Source: Phyllobates terribilis (Eukaryota). From it: a stretch of DNA of 64,000 nucleotides. The notes beneath the pieces were generated by a model, which ran no database searches, was not told the DNA's origin, and saw nothing but the letters and a program-made list of their open reading frames with translations. Where the stretch lies: assembly GCF_046119375.1 (NCBI RefSeq), contig NW_027362767.1:384896001-384960000 (forward strand), given 5' to 3'. Below are positions 18,601-52,400 of the stretch, piece after piece. The position numbers were made by a program, and so were the translations under genes. Position 1 is the stretch's first letter. Each line of letters begins with the position of its first letter.

Positions 18601-20749
18601 ACACCACTTATATGGTCACCTATTCATTTTTGGCCAGCCATCCAGTTCTGTAGGTAAGGTCACGGCCCCACTATCAGTATTTGGTCAGTATTTTTTCTCA
18701 GGAGTGGGAGATAAAACCAGGAGTGGGTGATAAATGCAGAATTGGTGACTTGTTCCTATTATACCTTTTCTCTGATTGTTCCTCCCCTGGTTTTGGCTCC
18801 CACTCCTGAGAAAAAATACTGACCAAATACTGATAGTGGGGCCGTGGACTAAGATCTGCTCTCGAGCTTTAGTGCACAATGTGGGTTACAGAATATGGGC
18901 ACATGTACAACTTTCTTCAATGAGAAAAAGTATAAGTCATCTAACCTCAGGGATAAGCCTCTCCTCCATCTTGCAGGCAATGTAGAGGCAGCTGGCGGCG
19001 AGTAACTGGAGAAGAGGTGTGCAGATTTTGTGAACCTTCATGTAGGAATTCATTAAGAACACGGCCAGATAAAGCGTCTCATCTTGAAGGCACAGATATT
19101 CCTGTGGATATAAATCCGGGACATTTTAAAGGACAGGTTAGTGATGGTGTTGGCATAACATACTATAAGGTACATACATGAACTTGGACCACCCAGTCCA
19201 CCAGCATTGTCCTCATTTCCGTGGTCACAGTCTTGGGGATGTCCACTGCTCGTAGGACGTGCTTGGATTGCTGCTTCTAAAAGCAATAAAAATGGGAAAG
19301 TTGGACACAGATGATGGATTTTTGCATTTGAACACTTTGTATGTTTTTCTCACCAGCATACTAGAGAAGATATCCATGGCGTATTCTTGCTCAGTGTGCA
19401 TATCGAGTTTCTGCATGATCTGGGAAAGGTCTTCTCTCCAAGAGTCGTTCAGAATGAAGCCTGAAGAGCCGACGGCCACCAGGGTCTGACAGTCTGTGAC
19501 TTCGGAATCAGCTGGAGAAGTCAGGAGATCCCTTTGGATTAGGCATATCAGACACAGAAATCCAGAATGGCCTGATCTAGAACTGATTATAGATCATCCT
19601 GATCTGGATATTGCTCAACACGTCACAGGACTTCTCACCTTTCTCGGATATCGAGTTGACCACCGTAGTCACAACTTTGTCGATGATTGATGACTTCGGA
19701 CATGGAAAGAGGCTTTTCTTCTATGGAATCAAGATCAGAGTACATATAAGTATCCAGAGTTTCATTATACACACACAAGTCTTCAAAGATTATGCCCAGA
19801 TCTGAAGACGTCCAAAGCCAAAGTATTGTGGGTGACCCATCACTGCTTTTCGGACAGAGGGAAAGGAAGCATATAGCCGACAAAACAGACTGCAGATAAT
19901 CCAAGATTACAAGTAGAAACACAAGCTAAAGCAATGATTGTTCAAAACCTAGAATATACTACCATATAGGATCAAATTAAAACTACCGCAATGCAGTGCC
20001 CAAGTCTATCAATATTAAGTCATTTATGAAATTAGTAGATGTGGTGATCATCCCTGGATATAACCCCTATTGCCCACTCCAGAATATTGCTCCTGCATCC
20101 CACAAGCTTGAAGCAATAGTGGTGCTGCCCTTCTAAGATGTCCAAATCAATATGTCCTATCAATAGAACTTAAAGAGAACCTGTCACTTAACATAGATAT
20201 ATATTTATTTGCCTGGTGTAAATGCCGCTGTTCTCCCTAATCTGGCATTGTTTCTCCTTTGTTCCTGCGCCTCTCCGTTTCTGAGATATGGTCCTCTCTT
20301 TCCTATGTGCAAGTCTCATCTTCTAAAGCCAAGTGGGCATGGTTCTCAAGAAAATTACCATATAAAGAGTTTTAGCCACGCCCATTTGGCTTAAAAGACA
20401 AGATTTATATAGAGGGAAGAGGAGGCCATATCTCAGGGACAGAAAGGCATTTGGAGAAAAGAAAAATAACGCTGAATTCAGGAGGACAGCGGCATTTACA
20501 CCAGGTAATAAATTACAATTTTATGACGAGTGACAGGTTGCTCTTTAAGACAAGAGAGGTCATCAGTTAGCCCTGAAACTATGAAAGGGTGTGATGGTTT
20601 CATGTACGCACCTTCTTGTCTTCCTTCTTGCAGTCTTCTCTCTTGGTCTGGGCCTCTCCTGAATTATACAAACACACCTTCATGTCTTCTTTCTTGGAGA
20701 CAATCCTGTTGTGGTCCTTGGTCTTGAACGGTTCTCTTTTTCCTTCCAT
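15461..20749 (-). CDS. CCNP: Cyclin P (CNTD2), 8 coding exons: 20612-20749, 19639-19720, 19354-19511, 19178-19276, 18946-19101, 17143-17301, 15893-16065, 15461-15647; about 383 aa
   Basis: Cyclin box EYAMDIF..EMRTMLVDWVVQVH|EYLCLQDETLYLAV..LQLLAASCLYIACKMEE..|PAELCFMMEDAFSKKELLKMEKKVLYRLRFEL..|VEYLAMYFMELTLLE..KFSRPQR. All junctions are GT-AG and phase-compatible; the total of 1152 nt is divisible by 3. Lies between TTC9B and AKT2 as in mammals. The two 5'-most exons are less certain. Confidence 0.88.
15893..16065 (-). CDS. CCNP: CCNP exon (VEYLAMYFMELTLLEAD...PLYLYS)
   Basis: cctccag|GTT ... TATAG|gtacca. Confidence 0.88.
17143..17301 (-). CDS. CCNP: CCNP exon (PAELCFMMED...GKCPDN)
   Basis: cctacag|CCG ... 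AAT|gtaggt; 159 nt. Confidence 0.9.
18658..18849. mobile_element. PIF/Harbinger (Tourist-like) palindromic MITE; a second copy is at 43502-43680
   Basis: Long TIRs (gtcacggccccactatcagtatttggtcagtattt...); TAA on both flanks. Confidence 0.8.
18946..19101 (-). CDS. CCNP: CCNP exon (EYLCLQDETLY...KMEERLIPE)
   Basis: ccacag|GAA ... GAG|gttaga; 156 nt. Confidence 0.92.
19178..19276 (-). CDS. CCNP: CCNP exon (KQQSKH...EMRTMLVDWVVQVH)
   Basis: cttttag|AAG ... CAT|gtatgt; 99 nt. Confidence 0.92.
19354..19511 (-). CDS. CCNP: CCNP exon (..DSWREDLSQIMQKLDMHTEQEYAMDIFSSML)
   Basis: cttctccag|CT ... CTG|gtgaga. Confidence 0.82.
19639..19720 (-). CDS. CCNP: CCNP putative exon 2 (KKSLFPCPKSSIIDKVVTTVVNSISEK)
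   Basis: ttccatag|AAG ... AAAG|gtgaga; phases fit the neighbouring exons; no homology evidence. Confidence 0.55.
20174..20544. mobile_element. T2/Kolobok-like palindromic MITE
   Basis: TTAA|agagaacctgtcac ... gtgacaggttgctct|TTAA; internal arms are largely self-complementary. Confidence 0.8.
20612..20749 (-). CDS. CCNP: CCNP putative first coding exon (MEGKREPFKTKDHNR...KKEDKK)
   Basis: ATG at 20749 directly after an acceptor-like cttccag, so an upstream non-coding exon is likely (a candidate donor is at 22715). Donor AAG|gtgcgt at 20612; alternative donor at 20678. Confidence 0.55.
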
Positions 20750-23514
20750 CTGGAAGCAGCAGAACATGGCAGCCATCAGTCCATTGTATGGACTACTCAG
20801 AAATACACAACTGCTCGCTGGAGAAGCTCAGGTTCTTTCAGCTTATTTATGACCTATGGACTCCAAGGAGGGATGTCCTGCACGACTAGGTCATCAGAAT
20901 CAGTCAGCAAAGGCAAATATTAGGTGGCCAAAACAAACACATTTTAGGTTTTGACATGTAATAGACCCAAGAATTTAAGGAGATTCGAGATCAACAGAAT
21001 TTGATATGCATACGTCCAGTTTTAGTAGTCTTGAGCGCTGTTACCACAAGTGCCCCCTGGATGGTCTAAAACACTACAGCGCCCTCTGCAGTAAGTGTTT
21101 GAGTGACAGCTGTACTGTGCTCCTGGTTGGATTCTGCTGTTATCGTTTAAGAGCAAATTCATAGAATTTCAGGATATTTGCGTACTCGCTCAGTAATGCC
21201 GCTACCCTACACAAATGCCGCTATCGCGCCTATGTAGTGCGCCCAGCAGTTTTGCACACACAGCAGATTTGCTGAGGATTTTCCATTACATATACACACT
21301 CAGAATTTGTTGAAGATCTTCTGTTATGGATTTCCCAATTTACTGTACACTGCAAAGAGATAAATCTGCTCTCAAAATCAGCAACAAAAATTGGCACAGT
21401 ATTAAAATCTGCACGGAAAATGACCAGCCACGTCTACTTAGCTGGTACTGCAACATGCTGCAGACTTTCTGCACATAAATCCGAAAGGAAATTAAAAAGA
21501 AACAAACAAAAAAAAAAAACACCTGAAAATACCCCATTAAATCATTGCTTTTTTTTTTTTTTTTATTTTTTTAGTCACTTTTTTTTTTGTCCTGTGTTGT
21601 TCATTGATGTTTTTTGCTCTAAATTCTTTAAGATGACACACCTGTTCATGAATTTTTTTGAATTAAATCAAATATGCTTTTAATTTTTGTCTTTAACCTT
21701 TTTAGAGAAAAAAAAAGTAGCATTTTCTATTAAAATATCTCATGCAACGCTAACATTTTTGCAAAAATTTTTTTCAGAAGTACAAAAATCACTTCAGGGT
21801 AGGGGGGATTGAAGTATATTTGGTAAAAATTTAGTGACTTTTTAAGAAGTTGCAATTGATGAATCGACTGAAAACATCAGGGAAACAAGACCAAACTCAC
21901 AATAGTGAATATGAAAAAAAACAAAAACACAGGAGAACACATACAACAGACTGCGAAAAAGGTGCAATTTAAAATAAAAATTTGGCACAAATAAAAAAAA
22001 ATACTGTCTTAAAACGCAAAAAACAGGCATAAATGCGATAATGAATCAGGGTCCTATGTGTGCAGGTGCCCTCAAGCTTCATTGCAGGAACCATTCAGGT
22101 GTGATTGTAGCGAATGGCTAATACATAGCCGGGTACGGTTGGTGAATTGGATTACATTGTGATCACGATAAGCAAATAGCAAAAAAATCCAATTTGGGTC
22201 ATATATTTGCAACTTGCTTGTTGCGGTACCGTAGTGGGGTCACAATACAACCCCATTCACTTGCTTTACTCTGTGATGTTGCAGCAGCCGAGAACAATCT
22301 TTTGTCGTGTAACTGTGTCATGGCCAAAGTCACTGTTCAGCTCCAGTGTAAGGGTCAGAGAAGCTGAGCTATGAACAGATGTTTGATGAGATCCTGACAT
22401 TGTAGACTTGAAATAGCTATTACTGAAAATCAAAATGGGCTTTCCGAGACCAAAAAAAGATCTGTATGACTCTAGTAGAGCAAACTAAAGCGATACCTCT
22501 ATGTCTCATCCTAGCATAAGGTCATCCAAATCAGCTGTGCAGTGTGTCAGACATCTCCCCATATCTCAGCTCCCTGTGATAATGAGGTATTTACAATAAT
22601 GACACCAAAAAATGTAATGCTTTCAATGGTGTTAGCCGAACTTTGCACACGTGACCTCAGACCTCATAGCTCAGTGCTATAAATCTGTCTCCCTGTATAT
22701 TCCCTTTGTCTTACCTGTGCCGTGGGATTGAATGAGATTGGGTGGTGATGCAAAGAATTGTGGGAAACTATTTAGCACAAGTTGGGGTAAAGTATGGAGC
22801 GGATCACCATGACCAGGAGCTATGTTCACAACAATGACTAATGCTGTATTAATTTCACCTTCTGAAAGTTCTAAGTGCCGGACTATCAGAATGTCTGCAC
22901 TACTGGATGTTAAGTTGTTTAGGCTGTGTTCACACCTGTGTTGTTACATCCTTTGTTCTTTTACATCAGCACAACAAAAATGCCGGAAGTGACTCACAAG
23001 TCATATAACAGACACCAATGGCACCCCCGGACCTAATGAATATAATAGGATGCAAAAGGTTCCTGCCAATTTTAATTTTTTTTTTTATATTTAGAGCTTA
23101 GTCCATGTATAGTTTCATGCACACTTTTTGCCCAATTCATTATTGCATTTGCACCTTTTTTGTCTAGTTTTTGGTGTGTGGTTTTTTTCTGCCTGTTTGT
23201 GCCTTTTTTTAAGTGTATTTTATACGTTTTTGCCTGTTTGTTTTTTTTATGTTCGGCATCATTTGTGTTTTTTTTCCAGATGTTTGCAACCGATTAATCA
23301 ATTACGACCCTTTAAAATATTACAATATTTTTTTGCGCAAATGTACTCCATTCCCCCTCTCCCTCGTCTCTAACCCTGATATTTTGGAACATACGACTTT
23401 TTGCACTTAATAGTCACAAATCAACAATTGGTTTTTTTTTTCAAGTCACTTTTCTTCTTCTCTTTTTTTTTTTTGCGCCAAATTATTCAGAATGAAGTCA
23501 GCTGACCATTCACG

Positions 23515-24420
23515 TCTCACTCCAGGGGTCCTTCCTTCACCCTGGGTCGCGGCTCGGCAACCGCCACAATGGAATCCAGAAGCAAGTATGAGACCCGGCG
23601 ATGGAGGGCCCAGTGCACTTCAGAGGTCTTTTTGTATAAAACTTCCATTTTATTGAAATAATTTTAAAAATGTGTAAAAAACACAGTTACAAGCAGTCAG
23701 ATCAACTAATGAACATCTAGAGCGACGCGTTTCGGCCTATAGCGAAGCCTTAGTCGTGATCTTACTTGAAAGGACACGAAAATATATATTTAAATGGCAG
23801 CAAGTCTTTGTCTTATTGTTATATTTACTCCCATTATATGGAGATCTTATTGTTTTTATCAATCCTTCTTTACACAAAAATTGCCTTGAAAATTGCAACT
23901 CGTATAGAATTTTTTTTTTCTTTTTTGGAAATTTGCATACATACTTGTATTACCCAAAAGGATTTGATTAATATAACACCAATTATATACAAAAAAAAAA
24001 TGATGTTAATAATATTTGTAGATAGCTCTTTATATCTGGCTACTTCATACAATACCATTTTGTATGTAATGCTGTATTATCATCTATTTATACTCTTACC
24101 GCTCTCTCTGGCTTCTTTTTATTGCTATGTACAGGTTCATACAGACCTGCACTTAACTTGTGCTTTTTATTTCCTAAGTAATACCGAGGGTTAATGATTG
24201 CATTGAAACCATTTATGTGCATGCTGGACATGGAAGGGTTAACCGCACAGCTGAATCTCTGCTGTTTCGATATGGACTTGTGACTTGCTGCCATTTAAAT
24301 ATATATCTTGATGTCCTTTCAAGTAAGATCATGACTAAGGCTTCACTATAGGCCGAAACGCGTCGCTCTAGATGTTCATTAGTTGATCTGACTGCTTGCA
24401 ACGGTGTTTTACACATTTTT
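23515..24420 (+). mobile_element. 5'-truncated Penelope-like retroelement remnant with inverted terminal repeats
   Basis: About 140-bp inverted repeat (23666-23806 vs 24282-24420) containing a hammerhead-like motif. AATAAA follows the left copy (23649-23654, minus strand). Weak P-x-GLN-like ORF tail near 24184. Confidence 0.65.
24325..24370 (+). ncRNA. Minimal type I hammerhead-ribozyme-like motif (A3:U8 variant); the inverted copy at 23718-23763 has U4>C
   Basis: agatc-ATGACTA-a-ggctt(cactat)aggcc-GAAA-cgcg-TC-gctct: core, stem II, GAAA, palindromic stem III, GUC triplet and an imperfect helix I. Confidence 0.55.
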
Positions 24421-27400
24421 TTTTGGTATTTGACCTGTTTTGGGAATTTTCAATGCCCAAAAAAAAAAAAATGTCATAACATTTAATACAGAACTTGAGT
24501 ACATTTGTGCAAAAATATTGTAAAAAAAAAATAAAAATAAAAAAATGCAATAATGAATGGGCTCTTGTCTGGTGGCCCCAAACTACTGACCTGGCTGCCA
24601 GACCAGGGCTCTTAAGAATCAATTTGCAAACGAGAAAGGAATAAAGGTAATAAGAAGAAATATTGGTCTAAACTTCTGCAATGTCATTATACAAGTGACC
24701 AGCAGGGGTCAGACTTGCATCAGTATAAGTAGAATTTCCGCCAATGACTCCTAGCTGAGGATGCTGAAAAATATTTGTAAAAGTTGCAAAATCGCATCAA
24801 ACTTATTTTCTGAGCTCCACCCAATACAAGATATTTTTTAAAACTATTTTTAAAGGGACTGTCCACCTTTGGGGATATTTTTTTTTCCTTACATAATTGC
24901 ATGTATTTTGGGAGAAAAATCCTTTTTGTTTTTCTGAAAAGTTTTTAACGTTTGCCTTCTACGTTGCATTATCTTTCACTGGCTGAAGGATGAGTTAACT
25001 AAGGATCCGTCAGTGAGCTCATTCTAACAATCCAATGGCAGAGTTTTTTTTAAGCTCTGCTCAGCTGATGTATGATCACAGACCACATCAAAGTTGAATG
25101 TGCAGTGAAACAAAGAGCCTGTAAAGGCCAGTCAGGATGTTTTGGGAAAGTCAGCAAGTTTGTAGGCAGACTCATCATTGGCAGGTATCTAATGAATTAA
25201 AGGGGTTTTTGAAGAACAAAGTCATAAAGTGACTGCATATTGCCAAATTAAAACAGAACGCAATACGCACACTGTCACAATTCCCCTGTACAAGTGGGCG
25301 ATCACATGCCGACTAGATTCTCATCTACGTCTCTCAATATTCCAATGAGAAAAGCTTAGGAGAATCTAGTTGACACGTGACCAGAACTATACATGACTGC
25401 CCATTTGCTCTGGGAATACAGAGGACTCATGACAGTGTTTACTGCACACAGTCACAATTCAGCAATTTGCCTTGAACCAAGAAAACCCCTTTAATGATTC
25501 CAATGACTAAGACAGGTTTATGATGCCTCCAGATTACACCACATTCTTACAGGGTAGTATAGACATGGCCTTACAGGCACTGCTCAATGCCTGATGCAGA
25601 AGTGAGCAGCGATGGACAACCCCTTTAACGGCTTTGCAGAGCTGTGATTAGGGCAGGCAACGGACGTCTGGACTGTAACTTCATGAAGCCGTTTGCTTTT
25701 TTGATTCTTCAGGTTCCCACATCTCTGCTTGCTGTCATTCATTACAACATTCCTGTTTACAAGTAGAAGCTTAAAGGGATATTCTGGCTGATTATTTCGG
25801 GGCCGGTGACATCACATCTACGTCCCAGTCTGTATCAATAGACACGCTGTCACCAGATCCACGCAGGTGCCATTACGGAAGTGAGCAAAGCCAGACCCTT
25901 GGAGTTGGAGCACAAGGTAAAACTAGAAGGACCCAATTTATTATTGCATTTGCGCTTTTTTTTTTTTGTCATCATTTTTTATGATTGAAATGGCAACAAA
26001 TGCCGTCAAATGATTGTCAGCCAATGTGTCTGTGTATGGTGGGTGTTTAGCCTCATTCCCTTCCATGGCACTTTGCTACAAAACCAAACAACCTATGGAG
26101 GATAGTGTGGCTTTTTCTTTAAAGGAGAGGACCATGTATTCCCAAACTTGGAGGAGGAGGTGGGGGAGAATTAACACACCCTTGACAAGTCTTACATGCA
26201 GATTTAGAACCCGATTTTCACTCATGGTGCAAAAATAAAAGAAAGTGATAAAATAGCCAACGACAATCTGGCAATAGCATTGCATGCTTAACTGGAATCA
26301 ACTATGTGGGCTCAGGACTTCGACTTATTACAAAGTTTACTTCCTAGAAACAGCACCACCCTTACCCATAGTTGGGGATTGGTACTGCAACTCTGTCCTT
26401 TTTATTTTTTCATGATTTCAGACAGCTCTCTCATAAAGGAAACTCTGGCCAGAACTGATATATTGCTATAACTAGACCATGTAAAGATGCGCCGCATTAA
26501 GAAGAATTATATTTATATATAAAAGAGGTACACTTTAAGAGTCTAAGTTTGGACCGTAAATCAGCCCCGATGTATCACTGCTGCTCGGAGTGTTCCTCTA
26601 ATCGCTGCCATCAATGAAAAGGAAAGATTTTTTTTTTTGTTAATCAAGAGAAAAAAAAAACAAAAAAAAAACCACAGTACTGAGTATTGTATGGTTTTCA
26701 TTTCAAATATCTAAAAAAAAAATAATATTTCAGAGATAAGAGACATTCACGAAATACAGCATGACGTTTAAAGGGTCAGTCCCAAGGACCATCAAATTTT
26801 TCCAATATGCTCCATATTTCTCATTTTTATTTCCTAAAAACATACCTACAAGCGTTACTTAGAAAGATGGACACCCCCCCCCCCCCCAAAAAAAAAAAGT
26901 ACATTCACAAGCTAAATTAAATAAACTAATAGAAAACATTTTTTTTTTGAACAGCACATGGGACTGCCCCTTTAAATGATACCTTTAAAAGAGCAAATTC
27001 ATCTTTTGCCAAATTAAAAGAATTTCAGTATTGCTCTTGAAATGGTAGAATTTAGTTGTTATCCCTCCGGACCCCACCCCCCCATAGGTGTGAGAGATTC
27101 CAGATGAATGGTACATTCCTTAAGATTGCAGAGGCGGGACTTATGTCTGACAACGCTCTCCACCAATGAGCTTGCTTGATTCATTGTACTAAATAAGTTG
27201 TCACAATGCTTCTGTATGGCCGTGCAAACGTGAAAAAAAAAAAAAAAAAAACTTAAAAAAAGGGATACAACCATTATACACAATTAAAAAAAAAAAAATT
27301 ATTGCTGTTGACCCGAAATTCCATTTAGTTTTTTTTCCATCTTTAAAAAGGGGGTGAAAGTGGGTCGTGGGAAATTTTAATACATTCAGCTATTGAAAAT

Positions 27401-28171
27401 AAGCCACTTACATGCTAGTGAAAAGCAGAAAGGCATACGCACCATAGTTAAAGGTGTACACACCCTAATTACAGAGTATCATAAGTGATGGCAGTGCTCG
27501 AGAGCCCCACCAGGTGGCCATGTAGTTATCTGCAGAAAAATAGGACAAGGTGAAGGTGATCAGGAATATGTGCAGGGAAATGCTTGAATACATTAATAAT
27601 GTTTGCTCCGTGTACCGACCAAGTGGAAAAAGCACCATTAGACCTCACTTAACCGTCTGGACGCTCTACAGACCTATGTTCCCCCTATCACGACATGCAC
27701 AAGTGGGAGACCCGTGGAGCACACCTACGTAAAATTCATGGTACCGTTGTGAAAGTGGGACGACGCTCATGGCTGAGGGCGCCCCCGGTGGTGTAGGAGG
27801 CAGTAGCTGCTAAGGACTTTTGGGATGGCTTTCCTGTGTCTCATCAACACTATGGCTTAGAATCCGGTTTCGCCCCAGCAGTCAAAGGCAATTATAAAAA
27901 GATATGAAGAAATTATCGATCCATGAGGACAGTCCATATTGTAAAGCAAATAGGGTTGTTTTTTCGTTGCTTTTTTTTTTAAATATTTTGAGCAAATTTT
28001 GAAGAAAAAAAAAAAAAAAAAAAAAGGTAGTCTTTTATTCAGGATTTGGGGACGGTAGGTGAATACATAGTTACTGCCCCCATTTCGGGGAATAAGGACA
28101 GGATTTTCTCCAATTTCTTTCCGTAGAAAGTCTTTAAGAATTCTCTCCATTCTGTGAAGGCTCTTGGAAGG

Positions 28172-49474
<21,303 letters not shown>

Positions 49475-52400
49475 GGTGATGGAAAGATGGCGGCAGGCCG
49501 TGATCAATCAGCTGTCAGAGAAGGCACAGGTAAGACAAGGTGCAGGTTCTGGGGAGGAAGCAGAGTACAGAAGTCAGCGAGTGAGCAGATACGACTGACA
49601 GCTGAGATGTATATACTGTATGGATTCACTTTATCAAGGTCTTCATGCAAAAAAAGCCAAAACATTCTTGGACACAGAGGTAGAAAATGGTCACTGAGGA
49701 ACTCCATTCCCTCACTAGTAATGATGGCTGCTGAGAAATGGCATCCACCAACGACGGTCAAATGTGGTGCAACCTCCACAAAGAGCAGCTTTCCATGTTA
49801 CTAACAAATGGGAAATTGTGCAGGAAGCGTCTATTAAAGAAACTTTAAGAAAACTTTGTGCTCTAAGCTGCGGTTATAACAAAAAAAAAAAAAAAAAAAA
49901 AAAAAAAACACAACACACACAACAAAAAAACAGTGATTATTACTCCCCCTCCCACGGTCCAGCACGGACATCACCGGCTCCTGCTGCGGAGCTGCAGTGT
50001 TGATGATGTGATGTCAGCACTGCAGACAACCAGAGACCGGGGTAATGGTGGAGACTCAGTGCTGGACCCGGGGAGGGTGATGGAGTCGCCTTCAACCGGT
50101 CTGTCGACAACTTACCGCCCCTGGGAACAAAGAAGAATTTGGTGCTGAAATTCAACACCCTGAAACCTACAGATTATGTCGGAGAGACCCCCATAAACAT
50201 CAGATCAGCAGGTATGGCTGACCAATTATCCCACATCACACTGTGGAGCGAGGCTGGAAATCTGCTTTTGCAAACAGAAAACCAACGGCTGCAGATTATT
50301 ATTAGAGCCGACGGTGCCGGTCCTTCCTGCTAATTACTTTTACTTTCATGTTTTTCTCCTCTTCGCTTTACCCCAAGGCTCCTTATCTGAAGCAGAGCTG
50401 TTTATTGTCATTTCCATGGGATAGGACATATGGCTGCTTTCTGAAAACAGCGGTATCCATAGCAGATCAGCGCTGTAAACAAGGGCACTGAACACAACAG
50501 AGTCGAGAAATATTTGTAAGAGGCCGCGTCCTGTCTATCAAGATGGAAACTTATCCAGCACCTCGGAGGCACAATATTACGCTGCTCTTACACAGCCGAG
50601 AGCTTTCCCTCCCGACTCCACTATACACCAGTGCTCTGCTTGTGTATACAACTAGAAAAGGGCAAAAATCAACTGCCAGACTTATCTGGCAGCAGCTTTT
50701 CTCCCCAAAAGAAAAAAAAAGCATCAATTTCAATAGGCCAATACTTCTCTCCTTCAAACACATCTATTGGGGGACAGTCAGGAGGACCCCATACACATTA
50801 GTTAGGTGGGCCCGCCAAGCACAGGCGACTTACAGGCGGATTTAACACATCTGTGGTCTTGCGTCTGGGACCAGCTGTCAACTCTACAAAGCGCTGGGCC
50901 GTACTAATTTCACCTTTGCAAAAAGGATGAAACCTGCAGAGTCTGCAGCATAAATTGACAAAATGTGGATGTAAAATCTGCACCATTATTTTTATTTACG
51001 CAGCATTCGTTGCTTCTGTATTACACCTGCAAATCTGAACAGAATATCCGCAGCGCATGCTTCTTTTGCCATAAGGGCCCAGCATTAATTGCATCCAAAC
51101 TGGAAGGAATAGTCGGCCGCTAATACACAATGGACTGAAATAACACTGCACCATTCCCTCACTGATGAGGATTTCCCAAATTATGCGACACAGGGATGCC
51201 TTCCTTGGCACATTGTTCCGGCTCATTGTTGCCGAGTCCTGCAGATACTCACATTTCATTATGCAATGCAGCAGAGGGGAGGGGAACAGATACTATTCCA
51301 AGGAAACATTTTTCCATCCAAAATTAATTATTTGCTGGAAATCCCCCATCGGACTGTGTGACTCAGCGGTACAGGAGGAGATAGAGAAAAGGCTCCTGAA
51401 ATCCTATGCAAAGAGAAACTCGGGAGCAGTCACCATCATCAGTTCCTCTAGGAGAGGACTGAAGGCTCCTTTACAAAAAAAAAAAAGTCTACAGGCGGCA
51501 CATTTGCACAGGCAGAGGCGGGTGGATCGGGAGACCCCCAATGCATGTTATTTCAGCCATAGAAATGCAGTACCTGGGGTGTTTGTAGGAGCCATCGGCC
51601 GGTGTGCTCTGTATGGACGGTCCATATATCCCGTACATTATCTAGGAGTCTGACCATCCTAAACTACATACACAGCAGATGATACCAGTCTGCAGTCATT
51701 GTCCACTAGGTTTGCATTCGACGACCAGTCTATGTGGAGCACTACACACGCTAGTGGAGGACCCCTTAAATACCCCAAACACTCAGAGTGCTGGTAAAGA
51801 GGCCATATCTGTCCACTTCTGTGCATTTTCCTTACTCTAATCAATGGGAAATAACTGTAAACAGGTCAGTTTTATGTATGAAGCAGAGATTGCACTCAAT
51901 ATAAAGAAAAAAAAAGCAGAAGAGATACTCAACCGGCCGGGACATAGAAGACGGCAGAAGTGCACAAGGAGCCTCTCCGCGTTTGTGGCACAGTAGACTA
52001 CTACCGTCCCCCTCCTCTCCATTACTGTACCTGCGCTGGATGTGGGGGCACTGCCATGATGCCAACATGTTCCGATCCCACATCGGGCAGTGGAAACACG
52101 GTAGATTGCAGAATGTTTGTTTTGTGTGCTGCATCAATAATACGCCAATTCTTATCTCTGGAAACTTCTATCAGCACACAGACCAAAACCAGAAGGGGGG
52201 GAAGCCAGCAGGCCGGGTCAAGCAGCGAGCACACGGGAAGGCAGGCGGTGCGGAGAGTAAACACCTCCGCCGGGGCTCACCTGATGCCGCTTATCTCTCT
52301 CCAAGAGATCACGCCAAGGGGATGGCATGGATCGAAACGGAGAGGGAGACAGATGGGTCACTAGGGATTGTGCTAATGATTCTGTTTGAACAGGGGAAGG

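Noticed and set aside
19635-19922. 95-aa minus-strand ORF as a CCNP exon
   Set aside because: Its frame gives phase 2 at the 19639 donor, whereas the next exon needs phase 1; a different frame (19639-19720) fits.
20720-20740. REPFKTKDHN as a cyclin destruction box
   Set aside because: Has RxxF rather than RxxL and the Asn is off-register; too weak to call.
22711-22745. CAG|GTAAGA donor with CCAAT-like boxes as the CCNP first exon and promoter
   Set aside because: The CCAAT boxes are only about 20 nt from the donor, too close for a promoter; there is no independent support.
25920-28171. Exact AKT2 polyadenylation site
   Set aside because: Several minus-strand AATAAA (e.g. 28033, 26401, 25938) cannot be ranked without transcript data.
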